Source: an uncultured Actinomycetes bacterium (GTDB lineage Bacteria > Actinomycetota > Thermoleophilia > UBA2241). From it: a stretch of DNA of 64,000 nucleotides. A program made the position numbers and the translations under genes. Numbering within the stretch: position 1 is the first letter of the stretch; each line of letters opens with the position of its first letter. The notes beneath the pieces are model-generated. The model saw nothing but the letters and a program-made list of their open reading frames with translations. It was not told where the DNA came from and made no database searches. The stretch spans positions 96,001 to 160,000 of the forward strand of contig CAVYCN010000002.1 in NCBI GenBank assembly GCA_963767005.1. The letters are read 5' to 3'. Below are positions 56,937-64,000 of this stretch, in pieces.

Positions 56937-59063
56937 ATGGCAACGGTCCACAAGACGGCTCGCCGAGTCGGCGTGCTCGTCGCGCTCGCGACGATCCTCA
57001 CGGCGCTCGCGCTCTGGGCGAGTCCGGCCCAGGCAGCCGGTACCCCCAGCGCCGTGGCCAACCTCGTCTCGACCACGCATCCCAGCCAGTCCACCTGGTA
57101 CCCGCTGACGAACGCGGCCTTCACCTGGAGCGCCGCGACCGAGAGTGGCGGCACGATCGCCGGCTACTCGTTCACCTTCGACCAGAACGCGAGCGGCCTG
57201 CCCCCTGTCCTGTCCGGGGCGGCGCTGTCGTATGGGGCAAGAGTCAACTACACCGTGGGATCGAGCCCGGCCGAGATCCGCGTCGCCGACCTGAACGGCG
57301 ACGGGAAGCTCGACCTCGTGGCCGAGAACTCGGGCGCCAACACCGTGAGCGTGCTGCTCGGCAACGGCGACGGGACGTTCAAGGCGGCGGTCAACTACAC
57401 GACCGACAGCAACCCGTGGTCGCTGCAGGTCGGCGACGTCAATGGCGACGGCAAGCTCGACATCGTCACCTGCAACGAGTCGGCCAGCACGGTCAGCGTG
57501 CTGCTCGGCAACGGCGATGGCACGTTCAAGTCGGCGGTCAACTACACGACCGGCAGCGGTACGTCGCCGGAGTGCATGCGTCTGGGCGATCTGACCGGCG
57601 GCGGCAGTCTCGACATCATCACGGCCAACGCCGGCACCAACAACATCAGCGTGCTGAAGAACAACGGCAACGGCACCTTCGCCGCTCCCGTCATGTACAG
57701 CACCGCGACGCACCCGACCTCGATCGCCATCGGCGACCTGAACGGCGACGGCAAGCAGGACGTGGTGACGGCCAACTACGAGACGAACAACGTGAGCGTG
57801 CTCATAGGCAACGGCGACGGCACCTTCAAGGCGGCCGTCAACGACGCCTGCGGCACGACGCCGCAGACGGTCGAGCTCGCCGACTGCAACGGCGACGGTC
57901 ATCTCGACATCGTCACCGCCAACTACGACGGCACGGCGAGCGTGCTCCTGAACAAGGGCGACGGCACCTTCGCCACGCACGTCGACTACGCGACCGGGGC
58001 CGGCCCCTACTCGCTCTCGCTGGCCGACCTGAACCACGACGGCTACGTCGACATCGTGACCGTGAACCACACGGCCAACACGGTGAGCGTGCTGCTCGGC
58101 AACGGCGACGGCACCTTCCAGGCGCACAGCGACTACAGCACCGGCAACGGCCCCTTCTGGGTCGGCCTCGGTGACTTCAACGGCGACGGCTACGGCGACA
58201 TCGCCGTGACCAACTACACAGACGGCACCGTGAGCGTGCTCCTGGGCAGCGGCTACTACCGGCCGGCCTCGGGCAAGCTCGCCGCCTCGTTCAGTGGCGT
58301 CCACGACGGCACCTGGTACTTCCACGTGCGCGCGATCGACACCGCGGGCGTCGCCGGCCCGCCGAGCAGCTACCAGATCAATGTCGACACGGTCGCGCCC
58401 GTGACCACGGCGGCCGGCCTGCAAGGCTCGGCCTCGACCGGCTGGATCAACACCCAGACCGTGACGCTGACCGCGACCGACACCACGCCGGGCGTGGCCA
58501 CCTCGGGCGTGGCCACCACGTACTACACGCTCGACGGCACTCAGCACACCTACAGTGGCCCGTTCCAGGTGAACACGGCCGGTAGTCACACGATCACGTA
58601 CTGGTCGGTCGACAAGGCGGGCAACACCGAAGGCGCCCACACCGGCTACGTGAACATCGACCTGGCCGCACCGACGACCACGGCCACCACGAACCCCACG
58701 GGCTGGACCAACGGCTCCGTGCAGGTGACCCTCGCGGCGAGCGACACAGGCGGCTCCGGCGTGGACGACGACCTCCTACAAGATCGGCAACGGCGATCCG
58801 CAGACCTACAGCGGCCCGTTCACCGTCTCGAACGCCACGCCGATCGCGTACTGGTCGACCGACAAGGCCGGCAACGTCGAGTCGCAGAAGAGCCTCACAC
58901 CGATGATCGACACCGTCGCGCCGGTCACGACGGCCACGACGAACCCCAGCGGCTGGACCGACGGCGATGTCACCGTGACCCTGTCGGCCACCGACGACGG
59001 CGGCTCGGGCCTCGACACGACCTACTATCAGGTCGGCAGCGGCTCCGTGAAGACCTACGGTGA
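56937..59063 (+). CDS. secreted FG-GAP/VCBS repeat protein; N-terminal part of a frameshifted giant surface protein
   Basis: Signal peptide (…PAQA), seven DxNGDGxxD repeats, then Ig-like repeats. Frame lost at the extra G near 58767. GGAGG RBS. Confidence 0.85.
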   Translation: MATVHKTARRVGVLVALATILTALALWASPAQAAGTPSAVANLVSTTHPSQSTWYPLTNAAFTWSAATESGGTIAGYSFTFDQNASGLPPVLSGAALSYGARVNYTVGSSPAEIRVADLNGDGKLDLVAENSGANTVSVLLGNGDGTFKAAVNYTTDSNPWSLQVGDVNGDGKLDIVTCNESASTVSVLLGNGDGTFKSAVNYTTGSGTSPECMRLGDLTGGGSLDIITANAGTNNISVLKNNGNGTFAAPVMYSTATHPTSIAIGDLNGDGKQDVVTANYETNNVSVLIGNGDGTFKAAVNDACGTTPQTVELADCNGDGHLDIVTANYDGTASVLLNKGDGTFATHVDYATGAGPYSLSLADLNHDGYVDIVTVNHTANTVSVLLGNGDGTFQAHSDYSTGNGPFWVGLGDFNGDGYGDIAVTNYTDGTVSVLLGSGYYRPASGKLAASFSGVHDGTWYFHVRAIDTAGVAGPPSSYQINVDTVAPVTTAAGLQGSASTGWINTQTVTLTATDTTPGVATSGVATTYYTLDGTQHTYSGPFQVNTAGSHTITYWSVDKAGNTEGAHTGYVNIDLAAPTTTATTNPTGWTNGSVQVTLAASDTGGSGVDDDLLQDRQRRSADLQRPVHRLERHADRVLVDRQGRQRRVAEEPHTDDRHRRAGHDGHDEPQRLDRRRCHRDPVGHRRRRLGPRHDLLSGRQRLREDLR

Positions 59064-59627
59064 TCCGTTCACGGTCTCGTCCGCGGCGCAGGTCACCTAC
59101 TGGTCGACCGACAACGCCGGCAACGAGGAGACTCATCACACCCTCACGCCGCAGATCGACCTCACGGCGCCGGTCACGACCGCCGCGACCGACCCCAGCG
59201 GCTGGACCAACGGCGATGTCACGGTGACCCTGTCGGCCACCGACGACGGCGGCTCCGGCCTCGACGCGACCTACTACAGGATCGGCGACGCAGATCCGCA
59301 GACCTACTCCGCTCCGTTCATCGTCTCCGACGCGACCCCGGTCACCTACTGGTCGACCGACAAGGCCGGCAACGAGGAACAGCCCGAGACGCTCACGCCG
59401 CAGATCGACCTCACGGCGCCGGTCACCACGGCGACGATGGACCCGTCGGGCTGGACCGACCACGACGTGACGGTGACCCTCGCGGCGAGCGACACAGGCG
59501 GCTCCGGCGTGGACACGACCTCCTACAAGATCGGCAACGGCGATCCGCAGACCTACAGCGGCCCGTTCACCGTCTCGAACGCCACGCCGATCGCGTACTG
59601 GTCGACCGACACGGCCGGCAACGTCGA
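58724..59627 (+). repeat. near-identical 156/157-bp direct repeat (58724-58880 and 59472-59627)
   Basis: Copies differ by the single G insertion and one A/C substitution. Confidence 0.85.
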
Positions 59628-61830
59628 AGACGCGACGAGCAACATGCTCACGCCGCAGATCGACACGACGGCGCCGGTCGTGACCGACGACGTCGCGACC
59701 GCCTGGCAGCATTCCGCCCAGAAGGTCACCATCAGCGCGTCCGACGAAGGTGGCTCCGGACTTGCCTCGCTGTCGTGCACGGTCGACGGCGTCGACCAGC
59801 AGCTGCCGGCCGCCGGCGGGAGCTTCACAGTCGCCGCTCAGGGCGTCCACACCATCGTCTACTCGGCGACCGACAACGCCGGCAACCAGAGCACGCCGGT
59901 GACCAGGGAGCTGCGCATCGACACCACGGCGCCGGTCACCACGGCGACGACGGATCCGAGCGGCTGGAGCAAGGGCTCGGTCACGGTCACCCTCGCGGCG
60001 ACCGATACGGGCGGCTCCGGCCTCGACACCACCTACTACAGGATCGGCGACGGCGACCGGCAGACCTACAGCGCTCCGTTCGAGGTCTCCGACGCGACCC
60101 CGGTCACCTACTGGTCGACCGACAAGGCCGGCAACGCAGAGGACGCGACGGGTAACGTGCTCACGCCGCAGATCGACACCACGGCGCCGGTCACGAGCTC
60201 GGCCGACCTCAGTACGAACGACGACTCCGACTGGCAGCCGGTCTCCGAGGTCGACGTGGTGCTGGCCGCGACCGACACGCAGTCGGGCGTGGCGCAGACC
60301 TACTATCGCCTTGGCTCGAGCGGTCCGTTCAGCCCCTACACAGAGGCGCTCCCGATCTCCGGAGACGGCTCCCACGAAATCGATTACTACTCGGTCGACA
60401 ACGTCGGTAACCCCGAGAAGACCGAGGAGGGCTGGGTCAACATCGACGCCACGCCGCCGACGATCGACGTGAGCGGCCTGCAGTCGGCTCCCGACAGCGG
60501 CTGGCAGACGACCGCCCAGCAGGTGACGCTCGAAGCGCGCGATACCGGCTCGGGCGTGGCCGCGGTCACGTATGCGATCGACGGTGTCGCGCAGCCCGCC
60601 TACGCCCAGCCGTTCACGGTGAGCGGTGACGGCTCGCACGTCGTCACCTACTCCGCGGTCGACGAGGCCGGGAACGTGGCGAGCGGCTACGGCTACGTGA
60701 ACATCGACACGATGGCGCCGCAGACGACGGCCTCGCCCAACGTGGTGGCCGCGCCCGACACCGACTTCGTGCTCGACGCCCAGGACGTGACGCTGACCGC
60801 GTCAGACGGCGAGAGCGGTGTGGCCCATACCTACTACACGCTCGACGGTGGGCCCCAGACCGACTACACCGTGCCGTTCACGGTCGCCGGCGTGGGCTCG
60901 CACACGATCACCTACTGGTCGGTCGACGCCCTCGGCAACCGTGAGGACCCGCACACCGGCTACGTGAACATCGCGCCGGCCGAGGCGCTGCTCACGCTCG
61001 CCACGGGCCTGTCCTCGAACGCTCACAGCGGCTGGACGGCGACGCCGGTGACCGTGGAGCTCACGGCCAACGACGCCGCCCAGCAGAGCGGCACCTACTC
61101 CGTCGTCACGCACTACCGGATCGACGGTAGCGGCTGGCAGACCTACAGCGCGCCGTTCGACATCTCGGCGTCGGGCTCGCATCGCGTCGAGTACTACTCG
61201 AGCGACAGCCTTGGCGCGACCGAGCAGACCAACACCGGCTACGTGAACATCGACACGACGCCGCCGGTGACCGTTGCGAGCGGCCCGACTACGCCGCAGC
61301 GCACTGCCACGGTCGTGACGCTGAACCCGAGCGACGCGCAGTCCGGCGTGGCGTCGACCTTCTACGCGCTCGACAAGCAGGCGCCGCAACGCGGCACGAC
61401 CGTTGTCGTGCCGGCGCCGTCGAACCACTCGATGGACGGCGTCCACACCATCAGCTACTACTCGGTCGACGAGGCCGGCAACGTCGAGGCGGCGCATGTG
61501 TTCACGGTCCGCATCGACACGATCCGTCCGGTGTTCACCTACCGTGGCGCGACGAGCTTCACGGCGCGCAGGAACGGCACGCTCAAGCTGAAGCTGCGGG
61601 CGCGCGACGCCGGCGGCACCTGCACGCTGGTCGTGAAGCTCACCCGCAAGGTCGGGAAGAAGGTCACGACCTACCAGCGCACCGTCGTTGCGCGGCACAC
61701 GAGCAACTGGCAGACGGTCAAGCTGGGCCTGCGCGGCCTGCCGCGCGGCAAGTACACGGTCGTGCTCAGGCTGAGCGACCCGGCTGGCAACCTGTCGACG
61801 GCCAAGACGATCCACCTGACCGTCTCATAG
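58768..61830 (+). CDS. tandem Ig-like (OmpL47-type/Big-like) repeat region; C-terminal part of the same giant protein
   Basis: ~80-aa repeats DxxAPxT...SG...TxY...YWSxDxAGNxE; this frame continues the upstream ORF once one base is removed. Confidence 0.85.
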   Translation, partial: TTSYKIGNGDPQTYSGPFTVSNATPIAYWSTDKAGNVESQKSLTPMIDTVAPVTTATTNPSGWTDGDVTVTLSATDDGGSGLDTTYYQVGSGSVKTYGDPFTVSSAAQVTYWSTDNAGNEETHHTLTPQIDLTAPVTTAATDPSGWTNGDVTVTLSATDDGGSGLDATYYRIGDADPQTYSAPFIVSDATPVTYWSTDKAGNEEQPETLTPQIDLTAPVTTATMDPSGWTDHDVTVTLAASDTGGSGVDTTSYKIGNGDPQTYSGPFTVSNATPIAYWSTDTAGNVEDATSNMLTPQIDTTAPVVTDDVATAWQHSAQKVTISASDEGGSGLASLSCTVDGVDQQLPAAGGSFTVAAQGVHTIVYSATDNAGNQSTPVTRELRIDTTAPVTTATTDPSGWSKGSVTVTLAATDTGGSGLDTTYYRIGDGDRQTYSAPFEVSDATPVTYWSTDKAGNAEDATGNVLTPQIDTTAPVTSSADLSTNDDSDWQPVSEVDVVLAATDTQSGVAQTYYRLGSSGPFSPYTEALPISGDGSHEIDYYSVDNVGNPEKTEEGWVNIDATPPTIDVSGLQSAPDSGWQTTAQQVTLEARDTGSGVAAVTYAIDGVAQPAYAQPFTVSGDGSHVVTYSAVDEAGNVASGYGYVNIDTMAPQTTASPNVVAAPDTDFVLDAQDVTLTASDGESGVAHTYYTLDGGPQTDYTVPFTVAGVGSHTITYWSVDALGNREDPHTGYVNIAPAEALLTLATGLSSNAHSGWTATPVTVELTANDAAQQSGTYSVVTHYRIDGSGWQTYSAPFDISASGSHRVEYYSSDSLGATEQTNTGYVNIDTTPPVTVASGPTTPQRTATVVTLNPSDAQSGVASTFYALDKQAPQRGTTVVVPAPSNHSMDGVHTISYYSVDEAGNVEAAHVFTVRIDTIRPVFTYRGATSFTARRNGTLKLKLRARDAGGTCTLVVKLTRKVGKKVTTYQRTVVARHTSNWQTVKLGLRGLPRGKYTVVLRLSDPAGNLSTAKTIHLTVS

Positions 61831-61888
61831 GATCGAGTGAGAGGACGGCGGACGCCGGCTGAAAGCCGGCGCCCGCCCAAGCGACGTC

Positions 61889-61926
61889 GCGGCGGGCGGC
61901 GGTCCCTGGGGACCGCCGCCCGCCGC
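61889..61926. terminator. GC-rich 18-bp-stem hairpin between convergent genes
   Basis: GCGGCGGGCGGCGGTCCC-TG-GGGACCGCCGCCCGCCGC; preceded by a CGCCGGCT-GAA-AGCCGGCG hairpin. Confidence 0.7.
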
Positions 61927-61927
61927 G

Positions 61928-63133
61928 TCACTTCTCGAGCGGCTCCGCCGTGACCTCGCCCGACGACGCCGGCTGTGGGCCGGCGGCCGCGGCACGGAGC
62001 CGCCGGCGCAGCGGGCGGACGGCGCTCGCCGCCGCGGCCCGCGCCGCGGCGGCGAGCGCGCCGCCCGACCACGCGAGGTACGAGCGGTCGATGCCGCGGC
62101 TGCCCGTCGCCCTGTTGAGCCGGAGCGCCAGGTGCGCGATCGCCGGCCAGGTCGAGGGCGCGATGGTGCAGAGCCGGGTCGCCTGACGCCGCCAGTCGGC
62201 GAGCAGCGCGCCGGCCGTACCGCCCGGCGCGCCCGGCGTGGCCGCGATGGCCGGCAAGGCGTCGGCGAGCGCCCGCGCGGCCTCGAAGCAGGCGGCGCGC
62301 CTGCCGCCTCGGGGTCTGATGCCCCACAGGCAGCCGGCGGCCGCCGGCGACACCGGCCGGCCGCAGGCCGCCGCCAGCGCGCCGCGCGAGGTCTCGATGA
62401 TCGTCCAGCGGTGAGCGCCCGTGCGTGTCGCGGTGAGCCCGCGCGGGTTGTCGCGATAGCCGATCAGCACATCGGGGAGCTGGGCGAGGCCCGTCGAGGC
62501 CGCGAGCGCCACCCAGAGCGCGTAGTCCTGCCCGTTGCGATGGTCCTCTGGATAGCCTCCGGCCGCGAGGGCGAGGTCGCGACGCATAACGACGGACGAG
62601 TGGGCGATGACGTTGCCCGTGAGCAGGCGCCAGCGTAGCTGGGCGTCGTCGGCGGCGAGGTGGGCCGCGCCGAGCACATTGCCCTGCGGGTCGAGGCGGT
62701 CGAAGGCCGTGCCGAGCAGCCCGCACTCGGGGTGAACGGCCAGATAGGCGACCTGGCGCTCGAGCCGCGTCGGGTACGACACGTCGTCGGCGTCGAGGAT
62801 CGCCACCAGGGCGCCACGGGCGGCCTGCAGGCCGCGGTTGCGCGCGGCGCCCGCGCCGACGTTGCTCGCGAGCCTGATCAGGCGCACGCGCGGGTCGTCG
62901 TAGGAGGCCGCGATGCGGGCCGTGTCGTCGCGTGAGGCGTCGTCGATCACGAGCAGCTCGAAGTCGGTGAAGGTCTGGGCGAGACAGCTCGCGATCGCCG
63001 CGCCGATCGTCGCCGCGGCGTCGTGTGCGGCCATGACGACGGAGACCGCGGGCTCGCGACCGTCCCTCGCCGACGCGGCGGGCGGCGCAGGCCCAGGTGG
63101 GGCGGTGGCCGGATCGTCGTGGCGGGCGGGCAT
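61928..63133 (-). CDS. glycosyltransferase family 2
   Basis: VSVVMAAHD, IDDASRD, ARNRG, LDADD (DxD), HSS, QDY. Confidence 0.9.
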   Translation of the reverse strand: MPARHDDPATAPPGPAPPAASARDGREPAVSVVMAAHDAAATIGAAIASCLAQTFTDFELLVIDDASRDDTARIAASYDDPRVRLIRLASNVGAGAARNRGLQAARGALVAILDADDVSYPTRLERQVAYLAVHPECGLLGTAFDRLDPQGNVLGAAHLAADDAQLRWRLLTGNVIAHSSVVMRRDLALAAGGYPEDHRNGQDYALWVALAASTGLAQLPDVLIGYRDNPRGLTATRTGAHRWTIIETSRGALAAACGRPVSPAAAGCLWGIRPRGGRRAACFEAARALADALPAIAATPGAPGGTAGALLADWRRQATRLCTIAPSTWPAIAHLALRLNRATGSRGIDRSYLAWSGGALAAAARAAAASAVRPLRRRLRAAAAGPQPASSGEVTAEPLEK

Positions 63134-63138
63134 CGACG

Positions 63139-63999
63139 TCAGCTGTAGATCTGGTAGTCGAAGAGCTTGCGGTACGCGCCGTCCTGGTCGAGCAGCTCGT
63201 CGTGGCTGCCGCGCTCGGCGATCACGCCGTGGTCGAGCACGACGATCTGGTCGGAGCGCTGCACGGTCGACAAGCGGTGGGCGATCACGATCAGCGTCTT
63301 GCGGTGGCGGACGCCGTCGAGCGCCTGCTGGATGAACTGCTCGGACTCGGAGTCGAGCGCGCTCGTGGGCTCGTCGAGGATGAGGACCTCGGGGTCCTGC
63401 AGAAAGACGCGGGCGAGGGCGAGGCGCTGGCGCTCGCCGCCCGACAGCCGCACGCCGCGGTCGCCGACATTGGTCTCGAGGCCGTTCGGCAGGTTCTCGA
63501 CAAAGGACCAGGCGAAGCTCGCCTCGAGCGCGTGCTGGACCTCGTCGGCCGTCGGCTCGCGCTCGAGGCCGTAGACCAGGTTGTTGGCGATCGTGTCGTT
63601 GAACAGCAGGGCGTCCTGGGTCATGAAGCCGATCGCCCGGCGCAGGGAACGCAACTCGAACTCCTGCAGGGGCCGGCCGTCGAGCAGCACCTGGCCATGG
63701 ACCGGGTCGCGCAGGCGCGGGATGAGGTCGACGAGCGTCGACTTGCCCGAGCCCGAGCGGCCGACGATCGCCGTCTGCGAGCGGCAGGGGATCTCGAGGT
63801 CGACACCCTTGAGGACGAGCTCACCGGTCTCGTCGCCGTAAGCGAAGCTCACGTTCTCGAAGCTGATGCCCTGCTCGAGGCTGCGGAAGGGCGTGGTGCC
63901 GCCCACGATGCGGCGCGACGCCTCGGCGCGGTTCAGCACGTCGTGGACGAAGTGCAGGCTGTCGATGTTGGCCGACAGCGCCTGGCGCCCGTTGTTGAA
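63139..63999 (-). CDS. ABC exporter ATP-binding/permease (MsbA/PglK-like), C-terminal part; runs off window end
   Basis: GRSGSGKST, LSGGERQR, LILDEPTSALD, IAHRLST. Confidence 0.9.
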   Translation of the reverse strand, partial: FNNGRQALSANIDSLHFVHDVLNRAEASRRIVGGTTPFRSLEQGISFENVSFAYGDETGELVLKGVDLEIPCRSQTAIVGRSGSGKSTLVDLIPRLRDPVHGQVLLDGRPLQEFELRSLRRAIGFMTQDALLFNDTIANNLVYGLEREPTADEVQHALEASFAWSFVENLPNGLETNVGDRGVRLSGGERQRLALARVFLQDPEVLILDEPTSALDSESEQFIQQALDGVRHRKTLIVIAHRLSTVQRSDQIVVLDHGVIAERGSHDELLDQDGAYRKLFDYQIYS

Positions 64000-64000
64000 G

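Noticed and set aside
58755-58780. Programmed ribosomal frameshift
   Set aside because: No slippery heptamer; the paralogous repeat shows a plain one-base insertion.
58724-59627. Diversity-generating retroelement TR/VR pair
   Set aside because: Both copies are in-frame domain repeats with only one substitution, and there is no reverse transcriptase in the window.
42423-64000. Integrative element at tRNA-Leu
   Set aside because: No integrase, no duplicated tRNA 3' end and no evident compositional shift within the window; the excisionase-like HTH is part of a signalling protein.

Overview
Very GC-rich bacterial chromosomal segment. Gene order and protein sequences suggest a deep-branching actinomycete such as Thermoleophilia, which is an inference. 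The conserved core (9.5-35 kb) runs tRNA-Ala, leuS, comEA, comEC, holA, rpsT, murJ, lepA, hemW, hrcA, dnaJ, prmA, mtaB, HIT, yqeY, phoH, ybeY, dgkA-PAP2, cdd, era, deoC. A four-gene HTH/ABC-exporter cassette with a tandem palindromic operator sits between comEC and holA. Left of tRNA-Ala are a divergent pair of B12-binding radical SAM genes, katG, TetR-MFS, an aldo-keto reductase, a nitroreductase and a cupin. Right of tRNA-Leu are a VOC dioxygenase/esterase/maleylacetate-reductase-like cluster, a ~1480-aa BldC-like HTH-5xGAF-HD-GYP-degenerate GGDEF protein, a PLP decarboxylase, CvpA, STAS and a two-component pair. Beyond these lies a divergent pair of secreted proteins (a G1 glutamic peptidase and a ~1630-aa FG-GAP/Ig-repeat protein split by one extra base) that share a C-terminal module, followed by polysaccharide genes. 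No CRISPR array, integrase, transposase or defence system was seen. The best novelty candidates are the DNA-binding c-di-GMP enzyme fusion and the shared C-terminal module of the secreted proteins. No databases were searched, so novelty is not established.
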